32,934 nt of DNA. Source: Octopus bimaculoides. Lineage: Eukaryota. Positions 19,896 through 32,580 of this stretch are shown piece after piece. The stretch lies in assembly GCF_001194135.2 (NCBI RefSeq), contig NC_069003.1, forward strand, positions 27,479,431-27,512,364. The letters run 5' to 3'. Numbering within the stretch: position 1 is the stretch's first letter; each line of letters opens with the position of its first letter. The notes under the pieces were generated by a model. It ran no database searches and was not told where the DNA came from. It saw only the letters and a list, made by a program, of their open reading frames with translations. Made by a program: the position numbers and the translations under genes.

Positions 19896-20172
19896 GCATT
19901 GTTTATGAGTTATCCCGAAAGAACCCCCCCCCCAAAAAAAAACAGTATATTATATTTTTTTGACCGCCTAAGAATGTATAAACTTCGAGAGAATATGAAA
20001 TAATTGTTTTTGGAACGTTGAGACCCGAAGCAGATAAAGTTATAAATAATAGCGTGTTAACATTGGAATAAAAAATCTTTTGGATAAAAAAGTCGCAGCC
20101 ATCGACTTTTTTTTTCATCCAGACCCAGTATTTGCACGCTATTGTTAATATTACATTCTGTTGCGAAGGTGA

Positions 20173-20400
20173 CACACGCAGGCCTGCGAATCTTTCTCAA
20201 TTTAGTTAAGACAAGTAGGGTGTGATTTGAGGAAGATTTAGATGCTATTTTTAGCGAGTTGGGGGACCACGTTGATTAGACATGGACACACGACGGCTTG
20301 CGAATCATTCTGAAATTAGTTAAGACAAGTAGGGCATGTTTTGAGGGAGATATAGGTGTTATTTTTAACAGGTCGAGTGACCACGTAGATTAATCATAAG
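20173..20400 (+). repeat. Diverged tandem duplication, ~114 bp period, 2 copies
   Basis: CACACG..GGC.TGCGAATC...TTAGTTAAGACAAGTAGGG...GACCACGT.GATTA at 20173 and 20287; a related fragment lies at ~17697-17765. Confidence 0.8.
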
Positions 20401-20460
20401 TACACTGCGGCCAGCTAGTCTTTCTCAACGGCACTAGTAACGAAAAAATATTTTGAATGT

Positions 20461-20522
20461 GCGGCCCGCCTGATGATGAATCACGTCTCATACGGCCCGC
20501 TTCTCGAAAAGGACTGACCCTG
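20461..20522. mobile_element. Possible hAT (Charlie/Buster-like) terminal relic
   Basis: Repeated CGGCCCGC subterminal motifs; reverse complement reads CAGGGTCAGTCCTTTTCGAGAAGCGGGCCG, resembling CAGGGGT...CTTTT...GCGGGCCG-type termini. Confidence 0.35.
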
Positions 20523-20964
20523 TCTGATGTAGAGGTTTCGACAATGGTTAGCAGACAAGGACATTTTGTTTTGTCTGTTTGTTTGTTTATCGATTTGTCT
20601 GGCAGACGGACTGTCCGTTTGTCTTGTGTATTATTAGAAAATGTATAGTAATATGTACCTATTGTTTTCATCGTGTAGAGATAATATATTCACTTTCTCT
20701 ACAATACATCGCTGCAAGATATCTCGACAAACAATACAGCCATTTATGCCAAACTGCGGTTTACAATATTCGACTTATTGTTCTGGATGTTGTTGCCGTT
20801 CTGAATGGTGGTGCTGTTGTTGTTGTTGTTGTTGCTGATGATGATGTTGCTACTCCGCTGCCGAAATGTAAAAAAACAAAACAAACAAAATACCCAACAA
20901 AAACAAAAAATTCAAAAACAACAAACAATAACTTTCTCATGTCACTGTTACTGATTTCAATCGC

Positions 20965-21235
20965 ATAACACACACACACACACATATATATATACACACA
21001 TACATAAATATATGTATATATATATATATGTATATGTATGTACATGTGTATATATATGTATGCATATGCATATATGTATATATATGTAAATATATATACG
21101 TATGTATATGTATATATATATGTATACATATAAATAGATGTATGTGTATATATGTGTATGTGTGTTTGTATGTACGTATGTGTATGTATTTATGCGTATA
21201 TATAAATATATATATATATATATAGTCACAAACAT
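20965..21235. repeat. (CA)/(TA)/(TATG) compound microsatellite
   Basis: Direct reading. Confidence 0.95.
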
Positions 21236-21247
21236 ATAGACACTTTA

Positions 21248-21345
21248 TATTGATTGATGCATACATTCGATTAGAGAGCTTATGAAAAAAATAAGTTAGT
21301 TTTATGTATCGAGCACCTCTAATCGAATGTTTGCATCAATCAATA
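21248..21345. repeat. Short hairpin / MITE-like inverted repeat
   Basis: 29 bp arms (21248-21276, 21317-21345), 1 mismatch, 40 nt spacer. Confidence 0.8.
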
Positions 21346-22022
21346 AACGCTGTTTATATATATATATTTTTGAGGTGTGGGTGTGAGATAGCGAAATATA
21401 ATAAATAGACTCACGGCATTGTTATAGATATTGGTAGAACAGTTTAGGCATAAATAATTTGATATCAATATTTACAAATTTAAATGTTTAACATAAACGT
21501 AGAAAAAAAAAACAAACAAAGAATTAAACAAAACAAAATAATTTGGTATTTGAAAATTCGCGTTAACCTTTGGAAGTTATGATTTTCGAATGAGGAACTG
21601 TAATAATGACAACGTTCCAACTCAGAACTATTTAAACTGTTTCACATTGATTTTCGTCTTTGCGAAGATGTTCATAGTTCATATTTCGTTTCCCAATTTA
21701 GGATAAATGATCCGAATCTGTATTTCTGATTTATAAAAAAATGGGTAAAGACTCGCTTCGTGGGATTGGACCTAGAATGTACCCCTCCTAGACACAAGTC
21801 CGGGCAAGGTTGTTTGTGGAAGACCAGCAGTCGCTTATGCATATCAGCCTCTCCTCTTCACTAAACAAAGAGGAAGTGAATGAATAAAATTATATTATTT
21901 TCAACAAACAATTATGTAATTCCATTAGTCAAGTTTTATAAAGCTTAAGACACCCAATAGGATTTCTGTATTTCATTTGCATTACTTCTGTCTTATCTTC
22001 GTTTTAATTATATACATACGTT

Positions 22023-22235
22023 AAGGAAATGAACTGGTAAAATCGTTAGCAAGCCAGACCGAATGCTTAGCAGCGTGTCATGTCTTTACGCTCTGAGTTC
22101 AAATTCTGCCGAGTTTGACTTTGCCTTTCATCCTTTCGGCATCAATAAAATAAGTACCAGCTGAGCCCTGGGATCGATGTAAACGACTAACCCGCTCTCC
22201 AGATTACAGGCCTTGTGCCTATATTAGAAAAAAAT
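22023..22235 (+). mobile_element. SINE family A (diverged)
   Basis: ATCGTTAGCAAGCC...GAGTTCAAATTCTGCCGAG...CTTTGCCTTTCATCCTTTCGG...GGCCTTGTGCCTATATTAGAAA. Confidence 0.8.
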
Positions 22236-22364
22236 ATATACATACGTTCGTTCGTTCATTCATTCATGCATATATATACATACATATATTTAGATATACA
22301 TATAAATACACATACATATACACAAACATACATAGAAATACACGTACCCACATATATACATATA

Positions 22365-22401
<37 letters not shown>

Positions 22402-22609
22402 CTGTCGTGGCCAATGAGATTCTGAGAGCTCAAAACTATTTTTGGCTAAAGGAACGTTCGTCATCGTTTAACAGTATGGTGTCTGATTGATAGAGACATC
22501 GTAGAATTTTGTGAAACGACAAACGGTATCAGTTGGACAAATACAATTATGTTTCACCAATGCAATAAGTACTTTTTCACTTGTCTGTTATAAACAACGC
22601 CTGTGTATA

Positions 22610-22619
22610 TATTTGTATA

Positions 22620-22676
<57 letters not shown>

Positions 22677-23705
22677 NNNNNNNNNNNNNNNNNNNNNNNN
22701 NNNNNNNNNNNNNNNNNNNNNNNNNNNNNNNNNNNNNNNNNNNNNNNNNNNNNNNNNNNNNNNNNNNNNNNNNNNNNNNNNNNNNNNNNNNNNNNNNNNN
22801 NNNNNNNNNNNNNNNNNNNNNNNNNNNNNNNNNNNNNNNNNNNNNNNNNNNNNNNNNNNNNNNNNNNNNNNNNNNNNNNNNNNNNNNNNNNNNNNNNNNN
22901 NNNNNNNNNNNNNNNNNNNNNNNNNNNNNNNNNNNNNNNNNNNNNNNNNNNNNNNNNNNNNNNNNNNNNNNNNNNNNNNNNNNNNNNNNNNNNNNNNNNN
23001 NNNNNNNNNNNNNNNNNNNNNNNNNNNNNNNNNNNNNNNNNNNNNNNNNNNNNNNNNNNNNNNNNNNNNNNNNNNNNNNNNNNNNNNNNNNNNNNNNNNN
23101 NNNNNNNNNNNNNNNNNNNNNNNNNNNNNNNNNNNNNNNNNNNNNNNNNNNNNNNNNNNNNNNNNNNNNNNNNNNNNNNNNNNNNNNNNNNNNNNNNNNN
23201 NNNNNNNNNNNNNNNNNNNNNNNNNNNNNNNNNNNNNNNNNNNNNNNNNNNNNNNNNNNNNNNNNNNNNNNNNNNNNNNNNNNNNNNNNNNNNNNNNNNN
23301 NNNNNNNNNNNNNNNNNNNNNNNNNNNNNNNNNNNNNNNNNNNNNNNNNNNNNNNNNNNNNNNNNNNNNNNNNNNNNNNNNNNNNNNNNNNNNNNNNNNN
23401 NNNNNNNNNNNNNNNNNNNNNNNNNNNNNNNNNNNNNNNNNNNNNNNNNNNNNNNNNNNNNNNNNNNNNNNNNNNNNNNNNNNNNNNNNNNNNNNNNNNN
23501 NNNNNNNNNNNNNNNNNNNNNNNNNNNNNNNNNNNNNNNNNNNNNNTATATATATATATATATATGTGTGTGTATGTATATATGTGTATATATATATATA
23601 TATATGCATACATACATACATATATATATACACATATATGCATACATACACTCATACATACACACACACGTATACATATCTGTATTTGTGCATATATACA
23701 TACGT
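22610..23705. repeat. (TA)n microsatellite spanning assembly gap 22677-23546
   Basis: TA runs on both sides of the N run. Confidence 0.9.
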
Positions 23706-24959
23706 ATGGTTAAAGTCTTTTGCGGTTGTAATGAGAACTTTTGTCTGCATAAATAGCTGATGATTTCGCAATGGTCTTTCTAATTCCTGACCACATGCAA
23801 TATCTCTATCAATTACAATTCATTCCTTAACACATTATTCTGCAAACAATATACCAAGCATTCTAACTAATTTTACCGCATATAAGCAATACTTGATGTT
23901 TCAGTTAATGTTGTTGAGTATTAATGGCTAGAGACAAACACGCATACAGATGCACACTTATATACGCACGCCCTGACACAACTGTTATACACACATACAC
24001 ACACACACACACGAATATATGCATATATTCATATATGTATTATATAAATATATTTATATACATATGTATGTGTATTTCTATTTAACGTATCTATCTGACT
24101 ACATATAAATGTATGTATAAACATGCATAAACCCACTCATTTATACATACGTACATATATAAATGTACGTATACATATATATGTGTGTGTGTGTGTGTGC
24201 GTCTGTGTCTCCACAAATATATGTATGTTTCTATGAATGAACGTGTGTATGTATGTATGTATATATGTAGGAATATATGTATGGAGGAATATATGTATGT
24301 AATTAAAACGAAAATGAGACAGAAATAATCCAAAGTGACTAGTAACAGGAATTTGGACAGCAATGATAATGAGAATATATTAAATAGGGTATAAGAATAA
24401 GAAAAATTCTTGATACGACGAACTATAAAGTGTTCAAAAGTCTGTCCGCAGTAAGTATTTTGTTGCAAAATAAATATTTATAAGATGGTATAAGACTACA
24501 AAGAATATATTAGACTTTAGAAGACTATAAAAACTTTGAGATGTGTTGAAAGTGTCGTCCTTCATTTTCAATACATAAGTTGACTCTTCTACACATGTTT
24601 TGAAATACACTTTGGAGAAAAGAATTCACTGCGGAGAGACTTTTTAACACTCTATATATTCGGTATGAGAGAAAGTAAACAAGCACCTAGGGGAGATTGC
24701 TGTCTATGCCGAATGAGAATTAGAAATAATCTCGATTTGGAGATAATCTCAACGAACTAGAAACCCTCCTGATTTAATATGCTATTAAGAAAAACAAAGT
24801 GGTATGTTTTTTTTAGAGACAAGACGGTGTGTGTGTGTATGTATAAACATACACACATATATATAAGCATGTACTTATATACATATACACATTTATGTAT
24901 ATGTATATATGTAAATGAGCTCAGGAAATGATTCAAGATAAATTAATTAGGTATTGATG

Positions 24960-25916
24960 GACCCAATGACTCGCGGAAAACTTAACATCTTAACGTCCGT
25001 TTCAAATATTTTATTTTTCTTGAAATATCTCCTTCATCGTACTGCTGTACTTTCTGGGTTCAAGCTTTTAATTTTCTTTGTAAGTTGTTCTTTGATTGAT
25101 GGTATGTCCTCTGTCTTATTCGGTCCATATTGTTTTCCTTTATTTTCTTTCCTTCCCTTGTTTTCTTATTCTGAATTCGTCCAAGATCAATATTTCTCCT
25201 CATAGGAGATTGATTTATTTTCCCAACTTCTATCTATATTTCTTGAGCAGCTCGATCTGTTTATTTCTTATTGGAGCATTTAACTCAAATGTTTTGACTG
25301 AGGCTTAGATTAATTGGTCGAGGTCAGTGAAATTAAACTCTACCAGGCCGAGATTTTAGATTGCAACGTTTCTCGTCTTCATCAATTTCTTATGCTTGTT
25401 TTCATTTGTTAAATTTGACAGTGATTCCCTTTCGGCCATGTTTATGTTGCTTACTTTATAACAAGTTCCGTTACATTTTCTTCCTTTGTGCTTTTGATAA
25501 CTTCAGTATTTCCTTTCTGAAACTGTTAATTCTCTCTCTCTCGTTAGCAATCATTTCCGCCATTTTCCTTTGTCATTTGATTTCTGATACAACACATCCT
25601 ATTTTCAGTCTCTGGCTCTATTTGACTTTGTGGGAACATTAAGATAACAACTTGTGTTTCTTTTACATCCTGTTGGTTCTTTTATTCAGTTCTTATTTAG
25701 GTCGTACTGAACCCTGTATATTTTGCTTAGTTCTGCCTCTGTAAGTCTTCTCCTTTTCATTATACTCCTTATATCTACCAGCTTACTGGTGTTTAGATAC
25801 TTATGGATGTCGATGGAATTCTGCTTTAAGCACGCCATATTACCCCTCATAACTTTTTTTGTTTTGCAATTTTCAAAAACTTTTTGCGTTTTTGTGTTCT
25901 GCACACAGAAATTCAT
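24960..25916 (-). mobile_element. Degenerate N-terminal ORF region of an RLE-type (R4/Dong-like) retrotransposon
   Basis: Minus-strand pieces KLVDIRSIMKRRRLTEAELSKI, ERESLSNLTNENKHKKL, FTDLDQLI*AS, IKEQLTKKI and RYFKKNKIFETDVK occur in the order expected for the pre-RT region; many stops and frameshifts. Confidence 0.5.
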
Positions 25917-25948
25917 GACACTACAAAATCAATACTTCTGCTTACTGA

Positions 25949-26137
25949 TATGAATATCATCCTGAGCCAGTCGTTGAAGTTAAAAATGTTAATATCCTCT
26001 GGGATCTTCCTGTCAACACCGACAGAACGATCCAGGCTAATCGACCAGACATAGTCATTAAAGACGGAGAAGAAAATACTTGTAGACTAATAGATGCAAG
26101 AGTTCTCGCTGATAAAAATATATCTGTAAATGCTGAG
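25949..26137 (+). mobile_element. RLE-domain fragment of a non-LTR retrotransposon
   Basis: YEYHPEPVVEVKNVNILWDLPVNTDRTIQANRPDIVIKDGEENTCRLIDARVLADKNISVNAE contains the ILWD..TD.TI.ANRPDIV..D....C.LID signature. Confidence 0.85.
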
Positions 26138-26179
26138 TGTGTCACGGCAAGTGATTGTAACAATCAAGCATATTAAAGT

Positions 26180-26700
26180 AAATAATAATAATAATAATAA
26201 TAATAATGATGATGATGATGGTGATGGTGATGGTGATGATGATGATGATGATATTCTTGTTGACAAGAATTTTTGTAGAGGGTGGGTTGGGATATTCACT
26301 CCAGAAATGACGAAATGCCCTGAGATGGTATTAGATAGATAAATAGATAGATAGAGAGGGAAAGGAAAAGGGAGAGAGGGAGAGAGACAGTGTGAGAGTT
26401 GTAGCAACTGCATGTGACAATATGGGAAAAACAAAATTTTTTATGAATAGCTGAATCGAAGTTTGAAATGTTTTGATTTGTGTTTGTTTAGGAGTGATAT
26501 AAGTGAATGATTGATGCAGGGAAAACTGAGAGAGAGGTAGAGAGAGAGAAAGAAAGAAAGAAAGAAAGGGAGAGCAAGAGAAAGAGAGGGAGAGCGAGAG
26601 AGAGAATGAGGGAGAGAGAGAAAAAAGAAAGTGAGAGAGAAAGAAAGAAAGAAAAAGAGAAAGAGAGTGAGATAGAGAAAGATAAATAGAGAGAGAGAAT
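26180..26700. repeat. (AAT)n/(GAT)n and GA-rich tracts
   Basis: Direct reading. Confidence 0.85.
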
Positions 26701-27286
26701 ATTAACTGCTGCAACAAAACGGCAATAATTGGAGTTTGCAAATGGTCCCCACGAGGTAGATTTTTGTTGATGATTAAGGTTTAAAGTAGAAGAAAACATG
26801 GTAAATAACAGAATGGTAAGATAAAAATTTCAGAAAGGTTTATTCCAACGAATAACATTAAAATCGGTATAAACATTAAAAAGACAAAAAGTAAAAAGTA
26901 ATCACGCAAAACCAAGAATAGCATTGGCAAAGTTTAATATGGTTGGACATATCTTGTGAAAAGGAAATAAAGTCACGTTCAAAAGTGATATAAAAGAATG
27001 ACTCCTGGGACGCGAGAGAGATCGAGATCGCCTCGTCATCTACCTTTAACAAGGTGAAGTTCACTTGAAGAAAAATGAGAGGCTGGAGAGGGAGTGCTCT
27101 CACTGAATTTGGTTATAAAGTGGGTGACTGTGGCACTTAGTCTAATAGATGAACCTACTGTAAGTATGGCTCTGTAGATTGGAGAACGACAGTTGGGCGA
27201 GGAATTGTACCCTTGGGGATCAGAGTGGTCCTGGATCTGTGGGTGGCGTGGTTCCTTGATTGGCTCTATTTAGAGGTTCTCCTGTA

Positions 27287-27663
27287 GTGGAGGCGCAATG
27301 GCCCAGTGGTTAGGGCAGCGGACTCGCGGTCATAGGATCGCGGTTTCGATTCCCAGACCAGGCGTTGTGAGTGTTTATTGAGCGAAAACACCTAAAGCTC
27401 CACGAGGCTCCGGCAGGGGATGGTGGCAGAACCCTGCTGTACTCTTTCACCACAACTTTCTCTCACTGTTTCTGTTGTACTTGTATTTCAAAGGGCCAGC
27501 CTTGTCACACTTTGTGCCACGCTGAATATCCCCGAGAACTACGTTAAGGGTACACGTGTCTGTGGAGTGCTCAGCCACTTGCACGTTAATTTCATGAGCA
27601 GGCTGTTCCGTTGATCGGATCAACTGGAACCCTCGTCGTCGTAAGCGGCGGAGTGCCAACAAC
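27287..27663 (+). mobile_element. Full-length tRNA-derived SINE, family C (377 bp), with 15 bp target site duplication
   Basis: A-box TGGCCCAGTGG, B-box GTTTCGATTCCC, (AAC)n tail; AGAGGTTCTCC(T/C)GTA at 27272-27286 and 27664-27678. Confidence 0.9.
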
Positions 27664-27890
27664 AGAGGTTCTCCCGTATCGGGATCTGTTCACATTTTTG
27701 CATACAATGTATACTTTTTTATCTCATTTTTCCTTTCTCCACTCCTTTTCTTCCCATCATCTTTTAATATAAACTCACACACAAATCGTAAACTGTCACT
27801 GAAGTGTCATCTGATGCTCATGTGGCAAATAAAAGGAAAACCCTCCTCCTCCTCGACGTCGTCGTCGTCGCCGTCATCATCATCATAACA

Positions 27891-28109
27891 GCAGCAAGCT
27901 TGCAGATTTGTTAGCGCGCCGGGCAGCAAAAACTGCTTAACGGCTTTTTTTAGTCTGTTTTTACCTTTCTGAGTTCAAATTCCGCTGGGGTCGACTTTGC
28001 TTTACATCCTTTCGAGGTCAATAAAATAAGTACCAGTTGAACACTGGCGTCGGTGAAATCGACTTAGTCCCTCCCTTGGAATTGCTGGCTTTGTGCCAAA
28101 AATTGAAAT
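27891..28109 (+). mobile_element. SINE family A (diverged)
   Basis: GTTAGCGCGCCGGG...GAGTTCAAATTCCGCTGGGGTCGACTTTGC...TGTGCCAAAAATTGAAA. Confidence 0.75.
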
Positions 28110-28219
28110 CATCATCATCATCATCATCACCATCATCCCTCTCATCCTTCACCCTTGAGTCAAATAGATGAAATCATCATTATCATCATCATTGTTACTA
28201 CTACTAACTACTACTACTA

Positions 28220-28285
<66 letters not shown>

Positions 28286-29006
28286 GAAGATGGTTGGCAG
28301 AATCGTTAGCGTGCTAGCCAAAATGTTTAACAGTACTTTGATGCATGTTTTAGGAAGCCTTGAAGCTCACCATTGCACTGCAATGAAACACTGACCATTT
28401 ATCCATTGTCCTTACCACATATACCTATAAACTGTACTTTTTCTTTCACTTTCTCTTTCCTTTCTGCCTCCCCACCCTCTCTCTCTGTGTCTTTCTCTTT
28501 TTCCTTGTGGTTTAACATATCAGTTGGAAATAAGAAAGTTTGTATTATTAAAGATTTGGTCTTTTTCCAAACATTTCTGGCAACACCAGACGACACGGTC
28601 AAAACTATTTAGAATGTTTTTGTTGTTGTGGTTGTTCTAGTCGGTAGTGGTGGTCATGGTGGTGGTCTTATTCTTGATACCGTTGAAACAGTTAACTTTA
28701 GTGTCCTCGTAATCCTATTGATGTTTATGATGTGTTTGTTGTTGTTGTTACTGATCTATTCTTAGTTTTGTAGTAGTAGTAGTAGTAGTAGTAGTCACTG
28801 TAGTAGTTGTAGACGTCATGTCGTCGTCGTAGTAGTAGTAGTAGTAGTAGTAGTGGCGGCAGTAATAGTAGTAGTCGTTGTAATAGTAGTAGACATCGTC
28901 TCGTCGTCGTCGTAGTAGTAGTTGTCGTAGTAGTAGTTGTCGTAGTAGTAGTAGTAGTAGTAGTAGTAGTAATGGCAGCAGCAGCAGTAGTAGTTGTTGT
29001 TGTTAC
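28110..29006. repeat. Triplet microsatellites (ATC, CTA, TTA at 28110-28285; TAG/TCG at 28770-29006)
   Basis: Direct reading; a SINE A head fragment lies at 28287-28334. Confidence 0.85.
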
Positions 29007-30270
29007 NNNNNNNNNNNNNNNNNNNNNNNNNNNNNNNNNNNNNNNNNNNNNNNNNNNNNNNNNNNNNNNNNNNNNNNNNNNNNNNNNNNNNNNNNNNNNN
29101 NNNNNNNNNNNNNNNNNNNNNNNNNNNNNNNNNNNNNNNNNNNNNNNNNNNNNNNNNNNNNNNNNNNNNNNNNNNNNNNNNNNNNNNNNNNNNNNNNNNN
29201 NNNNNNNNNNNNNNNNNNNNNNNNNNNNNNNNNNNNNNNNNNNNNNNNNNNNNNNNNNNNNNNNNNNNNNNNNNNNNNNNNNNNNNNNNNNNNNNNNNNN
29301 NNNNNNNNNNNNNNNNNNNNNNNNNNNNNNNNNNNNNNNNNNNNNNNNNNNNNNNNNNNNNNNNNNNNNNNNNNNNNNNNNNNNNNNNNNNNNNNNNNNN
29401 NNNNNNNNNNNNNNNNNNNNNNNNNNNNNNNNNNNNNNNNNNNNNNNNNNNNNNNNNNNNNNNNNNNNNNNNNNNNNNNNNNNNNNNNNNNNNNNNNNNN
29501 NNNNNNNNNNNNTATATATATATATATATATATATATATGGAGTCACAAAAAACAGCGTTGAATGAAGTATAATCATGTGTAGCCATACTTAACACGTTC
29601 GTGTATATTCGGGCATGGGAGGACCTTTCACTGCGGTAATAGTCCCAAGATAAGATTCTTCTTACAGACAAAATGCATGAAAACACATTGGGCTTTCATA
29701 ATGTCATGCCCTTCTGCGTCATCGGATGTCAGCTACAAATATCGAATTCGTCTTTTATAACTGAATAGGAACGATGATCCTAATTTATAAGAACAGTAAA
29801 CAGTACATTAAATGATGTGCGTCAAAACTGATCAAGCGGGAATTCAACGACTAGAGTTGCACGACGCGGCGTTGAACAAAATATATTTGTGTTTAACAAT
29901 GTGTAAATGACACAAAAAACGCATGTCCTACGACCTGATGTCGTCATTCGCATTAAGTATTAACATATTTCGTCTGCGAAGATATTTTTTTTTTTATCCC
30001 GAAACTTTTTTCGCAGCGAAAAATCTTCTCACGTCCGAATGTACACGAACTCGTCAAATACTGTAATACTCTATTATATTTCATTCAACGCTGCTTTCTG
30101 TGGCTCTGGTTATTTAATTCCACTTGAGCAAGCTTTCCATATATCAGTGAATGTGCTACCTTCTTGTAAATAAGAACTATGATTCTTATTGTGCTGTGAA
30201 AGATGAATTTAATAATCGTACTTGACGATGCGCAATGACGTCCAGAAATACATGAACGTGTTAAATATGC

Positions 30271-30319
<49 letters not shown>

Positions 30320-30369
30320 ACGTACGTGCATGCACATATACATTCCTGTATATATTACATATAGATATA

Positions 30370-30403
<34 letters not shown>

Positions 30404-30692
30404 CATACATATATGCAAACACACATACACGCGTATACATGCACACAGATACACATATCCAGCTGTCTATTTAATAACCTATTATATTCTATGTGTACTC
30501 AAAATTTCCTTCAGCTTTTGGCTCTTTTCAGTATTATCTTTTAAATCACTCATTTTTCTTTCTCTTTCTCCTTTCATCTCTCTGATCTCTATCATCTCTG
30601 TCTTTTCTATCGCCTCTTTCATCTTCTATTACTCACTTCATCTCTCTTGTCATCTTTCTCGCCCTCTCTCCTTCCCGTCAATTTACATTCTG

Positions 30693-30729
<37 letters not shown>

Positions 30730-30949
30730 ACACAAGCTCTTCTCTCTGTTCTCTCAATTCCCCCCCTCTCTCTCTCNNNNNNNNNNACGCACATACATAG
30801 CTACACATTTGCATATGTGTATGTATGTATGTAAGTATATAAATTATTTGATAAACGCAATATATATTGTTATGTGCCACTATTAGTTTCATACAATGAA
30901 CACATGTCAGACAGTATTTTTAAACAATTCTGGTGCCTTAGTGCAATCT

Positions 30950-31248
30950 TCAGGCACTGCCCACATGGCATAACAAGCTAATTTGTTTTTTAACTTAGTT
31001 GGGTCACTTTTTCTGCCCAGATGTTATTAAACTTTTCCATGAACGTTTTTGCCATAGCTAGCCGCATCTTAAGTTCTTTCTTAACTGACTTCGTCAGAGT
31101 TTTCGGCTACAATATACTTGTACAATTCAACCTCTTCGAGCCAAGTTTGATGTTAACATTTACTTTCTCTTTTCCTACTTCCATGACTTTTGTTTTCTTA
31201 TTGTTGAGATAAAGACCACCATGCCTTCTTGACTCTATTCACCATTTC
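30950..31248 (-). mobile_element. RTE-clade LINE reverse transcriptase C-terminal relic
   Basis: Minus-strand pieces GLYLN, IRKTKVMEVGKEKVNVNIKLG, EEVELYKYI and KKELKMRLAMAK...NIW match the GL.IN..KTKVM...LE.V..F.YL...EI..RLA.AK..F....IW pattern. Confidence 0.75.
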
Positions 31249-31708
31249 TAAAAATCTAAAAATTGGTTAATTATTGCATAATTTCAATTTAAGTCGTACT
31301 ACACTCACACACACATACACACATACATACATAAATTAGATAAAAAAATTGAAAACGGATTGAACGACATTATTTGAAATCACTATGAGTGTAAATATTT
31401 GTCAAAACAATTGTAGTGATTTTTAAATAAAGAATGTCAATCAATCTATTTTCTATTATATACATATATATCTATTTATATAAACTCTACGGATAGTATG
31501 AAATACAGTTGTCTTGAATTTGCTGCAGAAAGTGGTTTATGTTTATGGTGGTGAGTTGAAGTGAGGTGGGGCTCTAAGGATGTGGCCTGGGTGCTAAGGA
31601 GGCGTGAAGACTCACTTCGGGACAAATTTAACTCTAGAAATAGATCTATACAGATTTCATAAGCTCTCTTCCTCTCTCCGTGTGAACTTCTATCTTCTAG
31701 TCAAACTT

Positions 31709-32580
31709 CGGAAAGACTTGACAGAAACGCTCAAAGCATTTAATTTAAAGATAGTCATCAAATAACTGCTGTAAAGTTTCCAAACATAACATTAGACTTA
31801 AAGATCGGCAAATAGCACTCCTACAGCAAATCTAACGAAAAATTACATTATATTAATATTCATTATAAATCCACTCCATTCCAAAGCTGTTATAAAAGAT
31901 TTAGTCAGATTAGTAGAGAAATCTCAAAAGTATACCCAGGCAAAGAATTATTCAGTAGTGTTGCAGATAATTTCAGTGATGTGTTAAAAGAGAACAGATT
32001 AGAACGGAAAAAGAAAACATAAACCAACAAAAGAAACAGAAAAAAACCCTTCTGATCCAATATCACTTCCATTTTAAACATGTATCCAATATCGCTGCAA
32101 GCTTGATGTATATTGAATGTGAACATTTCCCAACCAATCATCCTTATCACAAACTCTTTAATAAAAACAACATCAAAGTCAGTTACACTTTGCTCCAAAT
32201 CTGATAATTGTCACTAATCAGAATCGATAACAGAAATTCCACTTTCGGAAACATTTTCGAAGTTTTACCTCAATTCAACTGCAGTAAAATCATATCCGGT
32301 TCTCTTGATGATATGTTCTTCACACTGGCACTTGTGTCCTACGTGGAAATGACCTCGAAAGATGACCTCCATAGACGGTGTTGAAAAAGTCAGAGAATGT
32401 ATATTTACGTGCAGCCTCAGATTTGCGCATGAAAGCATAACTACACACTCAGCCTCTGACCGACAGTGTTTTCTGAAACCAAAAGTATAAAAACTAAGCT
32501 CACATGCCTGATAAAATGCAAAGAACAAGAAAAGTGACCAACTTGTATACGAGTCTACCCTCATCAGCTCTTGACTGAAG
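31709..32580 (+). mobile_element. Degenerate Penelope-like element ORF (RT C-terminus and linker; GIY-YIG region barely recognisable)
   Basis: RKDLTETLKAFNLKIVI, NITLDLKIGK, KSNEKLHYINIH, ISREISKV, and HFPTNHPYHKLFNKNNIKVSY (32124-32186), the HFP..H..HK.FN....KVSY motif of PLEs. Confidence 0.8.

Noticed and set aside
19903-20175. 90 aa hydrophobic ORF as a membrane-protein exon
   Set aside because: AT-rich composition explains the hydrophobicity; no good splice sites or motif.
20461-20530. CUGAUGA...GAAA hammerhead candidate
   Set aside because: No stem II, III or I pairing could be built; better explained as a hAT end.
25363-25385. UUGAUGAAGACGAGAAACGUU on the minus strand
   Set aside because: No stem II; lies within LINE coding relic; likely chance.
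73-28109. tRNA genes at SINE heads
   Set aside because: A/B-box-like motifs are present, but there is no complete cloverleaf and they run into SINE bodies.
29981-30130. Strong-looking splice acceptor (T-rich...CGCAG at 30016) in CpG-richer unique DNA
   Set aside because: Downstream frames give short unrecognisable peptides with no clear donor; RNA-seq would be needed.
8443-30886. Many low-complexity ORFs (poly-HT, CV, YI, RE, SL)
   Set aside because: Translations of microsatellites; no domain signal.
32456-32488. CUGACCGA-CAG...CUGAAAC...GUA near the PLE 3' region
   Set aside because: Core has an insertion and there is no stem I; at most a decayed remnant.
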